NCBI GenBank assembly: GCA_023247725.1
Contig: JAHFFW010000002.1
Coordinates: forward strand, 160-64,159
From: Candidatus Omnitrophota bacterium
GTDB taxonomy: Bacteria; Omnitrophota; Gorgyraeia; Zapsychrales; JAHFFX01
Direction: 5' to 3'
Length of the DNA: 64,000 bases
Part shown: piece after piece, positions 1-9,427 of the stretch
Numbering within the stretch: position 1 is the stretch's first letter
How the letters are laid out: each line of letters opens with the position of its first letter
Made by a program: the position numbers and the translations under genes
The notes under the pieces: generated by a model
Databases searched by the model: none
What the model was told of the DNA's origin: nothing
Seen by the model: the letters and a program-made list of their open reading frames with translations, nothing else

Positions 1-170
1 TTACGACCCAGAAGTCCTGCATCCTTCTGATCTCCCCGATTCCAAAAAGCAGCACTATATCTTCGTCAGCCCCACCTGCTTCGTCATCAAAAAACGCTGG
101 CAGTTAGACGACGAGACTCCGCCCCAACCGTAAAATTGATTTTGAATGTGTTTTCTTGCAAGCGATTGAT

Positions 171-2198
171 TCAGCGGCGAACCGCACCCAGGCGGTCAAT
201 AAGCTCCCGGCAGATTTTCTCGTGGGCGGCGGTGACTTCTTCTTCGCGCAACGTGCGGCGGGCCGATTGATAAACGAGAGAGAAAACGATCCCGCGCTGG
301 CCGGCGGGAATTTTTTCCCCGATATACTCTTCCAGAAAATGCACCGCGTGCAGGAATTCCACCTTCTGTTGGGCGATCAGCTCCTCGACGCGGGAAAAAG
401 GGATATCTTTTCTGACAGCCAAACTCACATCGCGGACGACCGCGGGAAATTCCGGCAGCGGCTGAAAACGCCCCGGAGGCTGAATCTGCTGGAATACTTT
501 TCCAAGATCCAGGCCGACAAAATAAACATCGCGATGCTTGATGTCCCAGTGACTGAGGACTTTTGGCGAGACTTTACCGACGATACCGACCGCCTCCGCG
601 CCCATCTTCACTTGGGCCGCCAGGCCATTGTGCAAAAAAGGAATCGTGTCCGCCGCAAACTGGGGTGCTTGTATCCTCAATGCCTGTAAAACGCATTCCA
701 GGGCGCCTTTCATATCAAAAAAATCAATCTCTCTTTTGGGACTTTCGCGCCAATCCTGTTGCCTTGCTCCCGTCGCCAGGATGCCCAGGGTTTCCCTTTC
801 TCCGGTCGGGAGATAACGTTTCCCGAGCTCAAAGATCCGGATGGTCCTTTGCCCGCGGTTGAGATTGGTTTGCAAAACCGCCAGCAGACTCGGTAACAGC
901 GAAGGACGCAGGATTTCCTGCTCCTTGGAAAGCGGATTTTGGATTTTGACGGTTCCGTCGATCGGAATGAGCGTCTTTTCCAGATCGCTACGGCTGACCA
1001 TAGAAAAAGTGATCGCTTCATCAAAGCCCAAACCTAACAACGTCTGGGCCACGATTTTCTTTCGGTCCCGTGCGGGCGAGTGTGGGATCGAAGAAGCTCT
1101 GAGCATCGGCAAGGACGATGGAAGTTTATCATAACCATAAACCCGGGCCACTTCCTCAATAAGATCGACCGGTTGTTTAAGATCGGCACGGAAACTGGGC
1201 GGAGTGATCTTGAATTGTTTGCCGGCCGCCGCAGCGCGGCAGCCGAGTTTTTGCAAAATCGTTTTGATCCGGGCGGCGGGGATTTCACCACCGAGGCGGT
1301 TGGCGATTTCGTCCGCGGAAATTTTAATCATCGGCGGCGTCTTCGCAACAGGGCCGGCTTTGATATCGTTAAAAGCAGCTATCTTCCCGCCGGCGTTTTT
1401 TGCGATCAGTTGCAGCGCCCGCAGAGCGCCAGTTTCCACCGTCGAGAAATCTACCCCGCGTTCAAAACGATACGACGAATCGCTGCTCAATCCGAGCTTA
1501 CGACTGCTCAAGCGGATCAGAATCGGATCAAAGTACGCGCTTTCCAAAAGGATATTCTTCGTTTGCGCTGAAACCTCAGTCTCTTTGCCACCCATGATGC
1601 CGGCGATCGCGACCGGACGCCGTGCGTCGGCGATGACGAGGACCGAAGGGTCAAGGATTCGCTCCACGGCATCGATCGTTACAATCTTTTCACCTGCCTT
1701 CGCCCGGCGGACCACGATTTTCCCTCCAATGAGCTTGTCATAATCAAAGGCGTGCAGGGGTTGGCCCCATTCCATTAAACAGAAATTGGTGATATCAACG
1801 ACACTATTAATGGACCTAGCGCCAATCGAATGCAGTTTTTGACTAAGCCACGCCGGTGAGTCTTTGATCGAAAGGTTATTGATGATAACGCCGATGTAAC
1901 GGGAACAGTCTTTTTTATCTTCCAGGTTAATATCTGTTTTCCTAGGCGGGAATTTTATCGCCTTAACGGAAGGAGTTTTGAGGGGCTTATTTGAAACCGC
2001 TGCGATATCCCGGGCACAACCGATATAACTCAAGCAATCGGGCCGATTGGGAGTCACCTCAACTTCGAACATGGTGTCGTTCTGGATCTCATATTGTTTT
2101 TCTACGCCAAGACCCAGCCTATTGAGGAGCTGGCCTAACCTCTCCGGGGAAATCTTACCATCGACGTATTCTTGCAGCCATTGTAAACTGATTTTCAT
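171..2198 (-). CDS. pheT: phenylalanine--tRNA ligase beta subunit
   Basis: 675-aa ORF (MKISLQWLQEYVDGKISPERLGQLL...) with PheT-like domain order; lies directly downstream of pheS in the same minus-strand operon. Confidence 0.85.
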   Translation of the reverse strand: MKISLQWLQEYVDGKISPERLGQLLNRLGLGVEKQYEIQNDTMFEVEVTPNRPDCLSYIGCARDIAAVSNKPLKTPSVKAIKFPPRKTDINLEDKKDCSRYIGVIINNLSIKDSPAWLSQKLHSIGARSINSVVDITNFCLMEWGQPLHAFDYDKLIGGKIVVRRAKAGEKIVTIDAVERILDPSVLVIADARRPVAIAGIMGGKETEVSAQTKNILLESAYFDPILIRLSSRKLGLSSDSSYRFERGVDFSTVETGALRALQLIAKNAGGKIAAFNDIKAGPVAKTPPMIKISADEIANRLGGEIPAARIKTILQKLGCRAAAAGKQFKITPPSFRADLKQPVDLIEEVARVYGYDKLPSSLPMLRASSIPHSPARDRKKIVAQTLLGLGFDEAITFSMVSRSDLEKTLIPIDGTVKIQNPLSKEQEILRPSLLPSLLAVLQTNLNRGQRTIRIFELGKRYLPTGERETLGILATGARQQDWRESPKREIDFFDMKGALECVLQALRIQAPQFAADTIPFLHNGLAAQVKMGAEAVGIVGKVSPKVLSHWDIKHRDVYFVGLDLGKVFQQIQPPGRFQPLPEFPAVVRDVSLAVRKDIPFSRVEELIAQQKVEFLHAVHFLEEYIGEKIPAGQRGIVFSLVYQSARRTLREEEVTAAHEKICRELIDRLGAVRR

Positions 2199-2758
2199 CT
2201 CTGTCGAACCATTTCTTTTTCATGGCAGGTCTTTTCCGCTTGGATCAATCGCCGAATGTGATCGTTGATTTCTTCCTGCCGACGCGAGACGGGGCCTTCG
2301 AGAAACCAAACAATATTCATGTCCCCAATCCATTCGGGCCTGACCGCAGCCGTGCCGCGCCAATCGCCCTCATAAAAAATAATCCTTAGATAAATCCCAT
2401 CCTCGGAAAATTTTTTAATTGATTTAGGATTCCCGCCTTTTTTGCACTCTTTAGGCCAGTTAGCTTTTCCACACTCAAGGTTAGGAATATATTCTGGATT
2501 CGGAACATAGGTCATTCCCCGAGCATATTCCAATTCAAACCAGAAATGCTCTTCGATTTCACTCTGCTGAATTTTAGCCGTTGTCTCAACTTCTTTAAAC
2601 TCCGGGAAGTGGGTTTTAAGGGCTTTAATTTCGTCAATGATCTTTTGGGCAATCGGAAGATATTGTTGCTTGAATTCGGAACCGGCAAAAACTTCTGATG
2701 AAGAAGCAAAATGCAAACAAAGGACGGCCCAAACGATGATCGATAATACTCTTTGCAT
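2195..2758 (-). CDS. hypothetical secreted protein embedded in the pheS-pheT operon
   Basis: 187-aa ORF with N-terminal signal peptide (MQRVLSIIVWAVLCLHFASSSEVFA); its ATG overlaps the pheS stop (TAATG) and its stop overlaps the pheT ATG (ATGA). Confidence 0.55.
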   Translation of the reverse strand: MQRVLSIIVWAVLCLHFASSSEVFAGSEFKQQYLPIAQKIIDEIKALKTHFPEFKEVETTAKIQQSEIEEHFWFELEYARGMTYVPNPEYIPNLECGKANWPKECKKGGNPKSIKKFSEDGIYLRIIFYEGDWRGTAAVRPEWIGDMNIVWFLEGPVSRRQEEINDHIRRLIQAEKTCHEKEMVRQR

Positions 2759-3792
2759 TAGAATTGTTTCAAGAATCGTAAATCGTTCTCGAAAAAAAGC
2801 CGAATATCCGAAATCCCATGCTTGAGCATGGCCAGGCGCTCCACGCCCATTCCGAAAGCCAATCCGGTATATTTTCCTTTCGGATATCCGACGGCTTCAA
2901 ACACTTTCGGATGCACCAACCCGCAGCCCATGACCTCAAGCCAGCCTTTTTTCTTGCACACCGAACATCCTTTCCCGTCGCATAAATAACAAGAAATGTC
3001 CACATCGGCGGAAGGCTCCGTAAACGGGAAAAAGTGAGGGCGTAACCGCAATCGAATTTTTTCTCCAAAAAGATGTCGACAGAAAGTCTCTAGCATGCCT
3101 TTTAAATCCGAAAATTTCACATTGTCATCGACGAGTAATCCTTCGATCTGGTGAAACATAAAGCAATGACTGGCATCGACTGCATCGGGTCGATAGACCC
3201 GCCCCGGGATAACGACCGCCAATGGAGGTCTATACTTTTTCATAACGTGAATTTGCCCGGGCGAAGTATGGCTGCGCAGCAAAAGATATCGTCCGGGATT
3301 CTGGGGGTCGGGGACATCGAGATAAAAAGTGTCGAAGGCATCACGGGCCGGATGATCGACCGGAATATTGAGCGCGGTGAAATTGTTGAATTCGTTTTCG
3401 ATTTCAGGCCCTTCTTCGACGACGAACCCGAGGCGTTCAAAAATCGTACATATTTCATCGATCGTTTGGGTCAAAATGTGCGGCCGCCCCAAAGGAAAGC
3501 TAACGCCAGGCAAAGAGACATCGAGGGCCTTCACCTCAGACTTCTCTTGGGACCTTAATTCTGTTTGCTTAGTCTGTAAAAGACCGGTCACCAAATCCTT
3601 TAGCTCATTAGCACCTTTACCTATGCGAGGTTTTTCTTCAGCGGAACTACCGGCGAGACTGGAATAGATTTGCGCGATGAGCCCTTTACGGCCCAAATAT
3701 TTTTGCCGGATGGCTTCTAGGACCGGGAGACTATTGGCCTGGGCGATCTGGGTTTGGGCACTGACCTCAAGGGCTTTAAAATCCCATGACAT
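2758..3792 (-). CDS. pheS: phenylalanine--tRNA ligase alpha subunit
   Basis: 344-aa ORF with class II aaRS core motifs (FRPxxFPFTEP, GxGxER-like GMGVERLAML). Confidence 0.9.
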   Translation of the reverse strand: MSWDFKALEVSAQTQIAQANSLPVLEAIRQKYLGRKGLIAQIYSSLAGSSAEEKPRIGKGANELKDLVTGLLQTKQTELRSQEKSEVKALDVSLPGVSFPLGRPHILTQTIDEICTIFERLGFVVEEGPEIENEFNNFTALNIPVDHPARDAFDTFYLDVPDPQNPGRYLLLRSHTSPGQIHVMKKYRPPLAVVIPGRVYRPDAVDASHCFMFHQIEGLLVDDNVKFSDLKGMLETFCRHLFGEKIRLRLRPHFFPFTEPSADVDISCYLCDGKGCSVCKKKGWLEVMGCGLVHPKVFEAVGYPKGKYTGLAFGMGVERLAMLKHGISDIRLFFENDLRFLKQF

Positions 3793-3886
3793 GAACGTTA
3801 TCCTTTAAAACCAAAATCCCAAACCGGCTTAAAGGCCCGATTTGGGATTCAGGTCGACGGCATGATTAAAAAATCGAATAAAATTT

Positions 3887-4270
3887 CTATTTGGCGGATT
3901 TGTTGACAGCCGCGACCGGGCGGGCTTCTTGCGCCATTTGCACTAGCCTTTTAAAGGCAACCGGAGAGTTAACCGCCAATTCTGCCATCATCTTTCGATT
4001 GATTCCGACCTTGGCTTCTTGCAGGCCTTTGATAAAACGACTGTACGAGATTCCCGATTCTCGACAAGCGGCATTGATCCGAATGATCCAAAGGCTGCGC
4101 AACTCTCTTTTGCGGACCTTCCGATCGCGGTACGCGTAGACCATCGCTTTCATAAGCGATCGGCGAGCCTGCTGATAGCGTCGGCTCTTTTGACCAAACT
4201 GGCCCTTGGCCTGTTTGAGCACCCTTTTCTTCCGTCGGTGAGTCGAAACCGAATGTTTGATTCTAACCAT
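3887..4270 (-). CDS. rplT: 50S ribosomal protein L20
   Basis: 127-aa basic protein (MVRIKHSVSTHRRKKRVLKQAKG...) in the infC-rpmI-rplT arrangement. Confidence 0.9.
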   Translation of the reverse strand: MVRIKHSVSTHRRKKRVLKQAKGQFGQKSRRYQQARRSLMKAMVYAYRDRKVRKRELRSLWIIRINAACRESGISYSRFIKGLQEAKVGINRKMMAELAVNSPVAFKRLVQMAQEARPVAAVNKSAK

Positions 4271-4460
4271 AAGGCATAATCCTCCTGATCACTTTCGCCG
4301 AAGCGGCCGTAAGATAGCCGGGTTGACGCAGATGCCGTTTGCGTTTCCGGGCTTTTTTGCCCAGAATGTGGCCTCGACCGGCATTTCGTTTCTTAATCTT
4401 TCCTTTTTTCGTAAACCGGAAACGCTTGGCCGCGGCCCGATTCGTCTTGAGTTTGGGCAT
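4263..4460 (-). CDS. rpmI: 50S ribosomal protein L35
   Basis: 65-aa highly basic protein MPKLKTNRAAAKRFRFTKKGKIKKR...; 8-nt overlap with rplT. Confidence 0.85.
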   Translation of the reverse strand: MPKLKTNRAAAKRFRFTKKGKIKKRNAGRGHILGKKARKRKRHLRQPGYLTAASAKVIRRIMPYG

Positions 4461-4462
4461 GT

Positions 4463-5053
4463 TTATTTCCTTTCTCCACTTTCACTGGCAAGGCTGGCGG
4501 CTTCTTTGTCGGGCTCTGCCGGCTGATGCTTTTTTTCCGAACGCGGACCAATCACCACCGACATGACGCGGCCTTCTAGCATCGGATTGCCTTCGGCGGT
4601 ACCGTAATGATTCAAATCGGCAATGATCCTTTCCAAGACCTGCCGACCCTGTTCCTTAAAAGACATTTCCCGGCCGCGAAAAAACATGTTGACCTTCACC
4701 TTATCTTTTTTCCCCAGGAAAGAAATGGCCTGGCGGATTTTCACCTGGTAATCATGCTCGTCAATGTGAGGCTTAAAGCGAATCTGTTTCAAATGCGTGA
4801 TCCGCTGGTTCTTTTTGACTCGGCGTTCCTTTTTTTCCTGATCATATTTATATTTGCTAAAATCCATGATGCGGCAGACCGGAGGCTTGCCGTTGGGAGA
4901 AACCTCGACGAGGTCGAGACCATTTTCTTCCGCCAACTCTAGGGCTCTTTTTAAAGCCACGACCCCCAATTGTTCGGAATCAGGTCCAATGACGCGCACT
5001 TCCAAAGCCTTAATACGGTAATTGACACGGATGTTTTTCTGAATATGAACCAC
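4463..5053 (-). CDS. infC: translation initiation factor IF-3
   Basis: IF-3 N- and C-domain signature (EVRVIGPDSEQLGVV...DLVEVSPNGKPPVCRIMDF...); the true start may be a non-ATG codon inside the listed ORF, as is common for infC. Confidence 0.85.
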   Translation of the reverse strand: MVHIQKNIRVNYRIKALEVRVIGPDSEQLGVVALKRALELAEENGLDLVEVSPNGKPPVCRIMDFSKYKYDQEKKERRVKKNQRITHLKQIRFKPHIDEHDYQVKIRQAISFLGKKDKVKVNMFFRGREMSFKEQGRQVLERIIADLNHYGTAEGNPMLEGRVMSVVIGPRSEKKHQPAEPDKEAASLASESGERK

Positions 5054-5066
5054 CTCCTGGCCAAAA

Positions 5067-6797
5067 CTACTTTTTTTGTTCGATTTCCGCTGTTAGGTTC
5101 GAGAGGAATTCTTTCAAGGGTATGCTTCCCTGATCACCCACTCCTCTTTTTCGGACAGCGACCCCGCCTTTGGTCATTTCCTTATCCCCGACAATGAGGA
5201 GATAGGGAATCTTTTTGATGATTCCTTCACGGATGCGCTTATTGAGCGTCTCATGACTGTCGTCCATTATAACCCTGACGTTAACTTGTTGTAAATCTTG
5301 TTTTACCTTTTGCGCATAGGAGCGATGCTCGCTGCGAAAAGGAATGATCATGGCCTGGACTGGTGATAGCCACGTCGGAAATGCGCCACCGTAATGTTCA
5401 ATGAGGGTGCCCATAAATCGCTCGATGCTTCCCAGAATGGCTCGGTGAAGCATGATCGGACGCCGGGATTCCCCGGCTTCATTAATATAGGTAAGATCAA
5501 AGCGGACAGGCAAAAAGAGATCACACTGGATCGTCGCGCATTGCCAAGCCCGGCCTAAGGCGTCCTTCAATTTGATATCAATCTTGGGACCATAAAAAGC
5601 CCCCTCGCCGGCATTGACCAAATACGGTAAATTCTTTTCCTTTAGAGATTCTTCCAGGGCTTGGGTGGCTGTATCCCAATCCTGCGGGCTGCCTATATAT
5701 TTCTCGGGCCGGGTGCTCAATTCGACCTCAAGATCCTGAAATCCAAAATCCTTCATCGTTGCAAAGACAAAATCCATGACATCCATGACTTCCGTTTTGA
5801 TTTGGTCCGGACGGCAAAAGATATGCGCATCATCTTGAGTGAACCCGCGGACCCGCAAAAGACCATGGAGAACGCCGGCCTTTTCTTGACGGTAAACCGT
5901 GCCTAATTCAAAAAACCTGACTGGTAAATCGCGGTAGGATCGCAACCTTGATTTGTAGATGAGCATGTGGCCGGGACAATTCATTGGTTTTATGACATAT
6001 TCTTCTTCATCCACTTTGAAATAATACATGTGTTCGCGATAATGTTGTGCATGACCGCTTTGTTCCCAAAGCTTCCCCTTGAGCAGGTGAGGAGTCATGA
6101 CGAACTCGTAACCGCGTTTCAGATGCTGCTCGCGAATGTAGTCTTCGATGGTTTTTCGCAGCATGGCTCCGTTCGGATGATAGAAAACCAAACCAGCGCC
6201 AGCGGTTTCATGATAAATATTAAAAAGATCGAGGGCCACGCCAAGTTTTCGGTGATCGCGCTGCTGAGCCTCCTCCAGCATTTTAAGGAATCCGTCGAGC
6301 TCTTTTTGAGAAAAGAAGGCCGTCCCATAAATCCGTTGCAACATGGGATTTTTCTCATCTCCGCGCCAATAAGCCCCTGCGACTGATAATAATTTAAAGG
6401 CCTTGATCTGCCCAGCGTCTGCGACGTGCGGGCCTTTGCAAAGATCAAACCATTCATCACCGGTTTTAAAAATGGACACTTCGGGATCGGGAAGCCGTTC
6501 GATGATTTCGACCTTGTAATCTTCCTTCATTTTTTTGAAAAGGTCGATGGCTTCCTGGCGGGGCATAAAGGATTGGGTGAATTTCGGTTTGCGATTGATG
6601 ATCTCCTGCATCACCTTTTCAATCTTGGCCAAATCCTCGTCGGTAAAGGGCTCTTTCTTATCGAAATCGTAATAAAATCCGCTTTCGATGGCCGGACCGA
6701 TGGTCACTCTGACGTCCGGCCATAATTTCTGGACGGCTTCGGCCATGATGTGGGAGCAGCTGTGGCGTAGCTTATCTAACTCAGTTTTGTATTCCAT
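5067..6797 (-). CDS. thrS: threonine--tRNA ligase
   Basis: ThrRS catalytic and anticodon-binding domains. The listed ORF (to 6875) runs over tRNA-Val, so the start was moved to the internal ATG (MEYKTELDKL..., rc of cat at 6795-6797). Confidence 0.85.
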   Translation of the reverse strand: MEYKTELDKLRHSCSHIMAEAVQKLWPDVRVTIGPAIESGFYYDFDKKEPFTDEDLAKIEKVMQEIINRKPKFTQSFMPRQEAIDLFKKMKEDYKVEIIERLPDPEVSIFKTGDEWFDLCKGPHVADAGQIKAFKLLSVAGAYWRGDEKNPMLQRIYGTAFFSQKELDGFLKMLEEAQQRDHRKLGVALDLFNIYHETAGAGLVFYHPNGAMLRKTIEDYIREQHLKRGYEFVMTPHLLKGKLWEQSGHAQHYREHMYYFKVDEEEYVIKPMNCPGHMLIYKSRLRSYRDLPVRFFELGTVYRQEKAGVLHGLLRVRGFTQDDAHIFCRPDQIKTEVMDVMDFVFATMKDFGFQDLEVELSTRPEKYIGSPQDWDTATQALEESLKEKNLPYLVNAGEGAFYGPKIDIKLKDALGRAWQCATIQCDLFLPVRFDLTYINEAGESRRPIMLHRAILGSIERFMGTLIEHYGGAFPTWLSPVQAMIIPFRSEHRSYAQKVKQDLQQVNVRVIMDDSHETLNKRIREGIIKKIPYLLIVGDKEMTKGGVAVRKRGVGDQGSIPLKEFLSNLTAEIEQKK

Positions 6798-6835
6798 AAA
6801 AAATTGCGGTCGTCGGCACGTCCACCAACTTAATC

Positions 6836-6912
6836 TGGTGGACCCAAGAGGACTCGAACCTCTGACCTTCTCCATGTCAAGGAGACACTCTAACCAGCTG
6901 AGCTATGGGTCC
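6836..6912 (-). tRNA. tRNA-Val (anticodon GAC)
   Basis: rc reads ggacccatagctcagctggttagagtgtctccttGACatggaga...ggttcgagtcctcttgggtccacca; cloverleaf with 7-bp acceptor stem, T-loop, encoded CCA. Confidence 0.85.
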
Positions 6913-7150
6913 ACAATATTCAGACCAAGTCGGCGCTGCACCAACTTCCACAAAATCTTTAAGGAAAGTTGGTGGACGCCTTTTCCATGTCAAGTCCCGA
7001 CGCTTTCTATATTGCTTTATGGTAGTCGGGATCCCGACTTCAACAAAACATTCCAGAAAGCGTCGGGAGAAACGCTCTAACCCCCGCCGCAAAACATGGC
7101 GGGTCTCCGCCAAGCTTTTTGGCGGAAACTGAGCTACGGATACATCAATC
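6913..7150 (-). pseudogene. scrambled tRNA-Val-derived fragments (pseudo-tRNA)
   Basis: On the minus strand the region contains gtatccgtagctcagtt...ggttagagcg (a D-arm-like 5' half split by a two-hairpin insertion) and gacttgacatggaaaaggcgtccacca (anticodon-loop and 3'-CCA-like piece). They closely match the adjacent tRNA-Val, but the acceptor arms do not pair. Confidence 0.35.
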
Positions 7151-7687
7151 TTAATTGATTTTAATAGAACTAATGATGGCTTTGGCTTGTGGCAAAAAAG
7201 TTTCAAATTTATCTTGCTGGGCTGTGTATGTCACCAGGTAAGCCTTATTGTTTTGAATTGCCCAAACACCCAGATATTTTAATGAAAGCTGGGCCTGCTT
7301 TGAAGAATAAATCATCGCCTTGGCCGGAAGGCCGGACAAGGTAAAATCCTCGATATTGAAAACTTTCCCCTCTGGTAGAAGCGTCTTGATCTGATTTTCG
7401 GAAAGCTTTGTATAATCCTCAAGCGTCATCGGACTTGCACTTAAATCCTGAATGATCACATTCACATTCTCTTGAAAAACATCCTCCACTGACTCTCGCG
7501 GCGCAAGGACGGCAATCACGACACCGACGCCCATAGCGTTTTCCCGTTTTTGCCAGTCCGACGGGTACTGAAGCGAAATTCCGGCGGAGGGATTTTGAAA
7601 GGCGACGGTCGTTTCCTCGGCCGAAACCAATAAAATTGGAGTAAAAACCAAGGTCGAAATTACCATGATTGCAAAATTTTTTTTCAT
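7151..7687 (-). CDS. hypothetical secreted protein
   Basis: 178-aa ORF with signal peptide MKKNFAIMVISTLVFTPILLVSAEE; no recognisable catalytic motif. Confidence 0.5.
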   Translation of the reverse strand: MKKNFAIMVISTLVFTPILLVSAEETTVAFQNPSAGISLQYPSDWQKRENAMGVGVVIAVLAPRESVEDVFQENVNVIIQDLSASPMTLEDYTKLSENQIKTLLPEGKVFNIEDFTLSGLPAKAMIYSSKQAQLSLKYLGVWAIQNNKAYLVTYTAQQDKFETFLPQAKAIISSIKIN

Positions 7688-7817
7688 AATAAGAACCCAT
7701 ATGGATCGGCTGCCAAAACAAAAATTTTTGACGAGCCTAATCTGCGCAGCAACATTCTATGCCACAGGGGACTGTTTCGGCGAAGCCCAAACACGAAAGT
7801 TTTTGAGCGAAGTAGAA

Positions 7818-7900
7818 TGGGCAAGGAGGGAGTCGAACCCTCACAGCCTTACGGCCAAAGGATTTTAAGTCCTTCGTGTATGCCATTCCACCACTTGCCC
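7818..7900 (-). tRNA. tRNA-Leu (anticodon TAA)
   Basis: rc reads gggcaagtggtggaatggcatacacgaaggactTAAaatcctttggccgtaaggctgtgagggttcgactccctccttgccca; long variable arm, class II tRNA. Confidence 0.8.
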
Positions 7901-8097
7901 GTCTTCGTTCAATTACTTGCGTGTTGAACGCCGGGCTTCCGACGAAGCCAATCCTGAGCGTAGTCGAAGGATTGGCCCTGAGCAGAGTCGAAGGGCCAAA
8001 CGCGAAAGCAATTCGGCGAAGGGGCCCGGGGTTAATATCTTTTAGAAACGTCGGGAGACTAAATAACGTTTTTGCCCCTGGCTTCTAAACCTCATTA

Positions 8098-8169
8098 AGG
8101 CGGCAATCGGAATCGAACCGATGAATAGCAGTTTTGCAGACTGCTGCCTTACCACTTGGCTATGCCGCC
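8098..8169 (-). tRNA. tRNA-Cys (anticodon GCA)
   Basis: rc reads ggcggcatagccaagtggtaaggcagcagtctGCAaaactgctattcatcggttcgattccgattgccgcct. Confidence 0.85.
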
Positions 8170-8491
8170 AATATCGACGCTCAGGATGCCGAGCTTGACT
8201 ATAACAATCAAAAAGGCGAGCCATAGACTGCTGCCTTATCCCGGAATTTTCTTAAAATACATTTTGGTCGTCGGAACTCCGACTTCCTTAATATCTTTCC
8301 TAGAAAACGTCGCAACCACTTGACTATGTCTGCATTGAAACCATCAAAAGGCTTGTACACTCCATAACAATCACGCGATACAGGACTTCCTCGTTTGAGT
8401 TATTAAAAAGACGGAGTTCTACGATGGATCTTCAAAACAGTATCCCATTCGATAAGATTAATGAGGAATCCTCGTCGAAGAGCATATCGGA

Positions 8492-9043
8492 TTATTTCTC
8501 ATGAAGCAAGCGCACAACCGACTCAATGATGTTTTCAACATCCGCGAGATGACCTTCACCATAGACACCGCAGGCCAATTTGCCTTTAGTCGGATCAACA
8601 AACTTTATGCCATTTTTTTTCAGTTTTGCACAATTTTCTTGGACGGCAGGATTCTGGTACATGAGGTCATTCATGGCCGGAGCGATGCATAAAGGGGCTC
8701 GGGTTGCTAGGGCTACACACGTGAGAATATCGTCGGCAAAACCGTGGGCAAGCTTGGCAATGGTATTGGCAGTGGCTGGAGCGATCAGAAGACAATCAGC
8801 GGTTCTGGCTAATTCAATATGACCCATGGATGACCTTTCCTGTTCTCCATGAAACATATCCCTAAAAACTTCTTTTCCGGAAAGACAGGCGAGGGTCAGA
8901 GGCGTAATGAATTTTTCCGCCTCTTTGGTCATAATGACCGAAACTTGAAATCCTTTGTCCTGTAAACGCCGAATAATATCTCCGGCCCGGTAAGCCGCAA
9001 TACTTCCGGTCACACCTAAAACGATGTGTTTAGACCTGGACAC
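8492..9043 (-). CDS. coaC: flavoprotein, phosphopantothenoylcysteine decarboxylase-like
   Basis: 183-aa ORF with the flavoprotein fold of the CoaC/Dfp N-domain (HIVLGVTGSIAAYRAGDIIRRL...PAMN..M); stand-alone, no CoaB domain. Confidence 0.75.
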   Translation of the reverse strand: MSRSKHIVLGVTGSIAAYRAGDIIRRLQDKGFQVSVIMTKEAEKFITPLTLACLSGKEVFRDMFHGEQERSSMGHIELARTADCLLIAPATANTIAKLAHGFADDILTCVALATRAPLCIAPAMNDLMYQNPAVQENCAKLKKNGIKFVDPTKGKLACGVYGEGHLADVENIIESVVRLLHEK

Positions 9044-9308
9044 TTTCTACCCTCTGCGAAGTCCTTTCCGGTTCAAGCGATTTTATGCCCTTGGCGGGGG
9101 AACCTTCTTTAGCGAATTCCTTAAGCTCGACCTTTCCGAGGGCAATTTCTTCTAAGGCAACGCTAGCAGCCTTCTGTGAGGAAGGATTCTCAATCAGCTT
9201 CGGTGCATTGTCGGCCAATTCCATCGCTCTTTTGGAAGCCATGGCCATTAATCGGTAGATGCTATGGCCAGATTTGGGTAACAATTTTTCCAACGGCACA
9301 AATGCCAT
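9030..9308 (-). CDS. rpoZ: DNA-directed RNA polymerase subunit omega
   Basis: SIYRLMAMASKRAMELADN matches the RpoZ core. Start set to the internal ATG (MAFVPLEKLL) preceded by AGGAGG rather than the longer listed ORF. Confidence 0.7.
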   Translation of the reverse strand: MAFVPLEKLLPKSGHSIYRLMAMASKRAMELADNAPKLIENPSSQKAASVALEEIALGKVELKEFAKEGSPAKGIKSLEPERTSQRVESVQV

Positions 9309-9427
9309 GGTTGTCCTCCTCATGATCATGAATTCTTACATGCATCTGCGCCAAAATGGCCCAAATGGATTTTTTTATATAACACATGTTCCTATTCTTG
9401 TCAATGTTCCCTAAATTGGGAAGCTCA

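Noticed and set aside
156-689. 177-aa plus-strand ORF (and several others at 563-1743) overlapping pheT
   Set aside because: Antisense to a well-supported conserved gene (pheT); low-complexity Arg/Ala-rich translation; no RBS
6877-7206. 109-aa minus-strand ORF upstream of tRNA-Val
   Set aside because: Covers tRNA-derived fragments and hairpins; better explained as a pseudo-tRNA or intergenic region
7876-8088. 70-aa plus-strand ORF between tRNA-Leu and tRNA-Cys
   Set aside because: Sits in a hairpin-rich inter-tRNA spacer with short repeats (gagcgtagtcgaagg / gagcagagtcgaaggg); no coding signal
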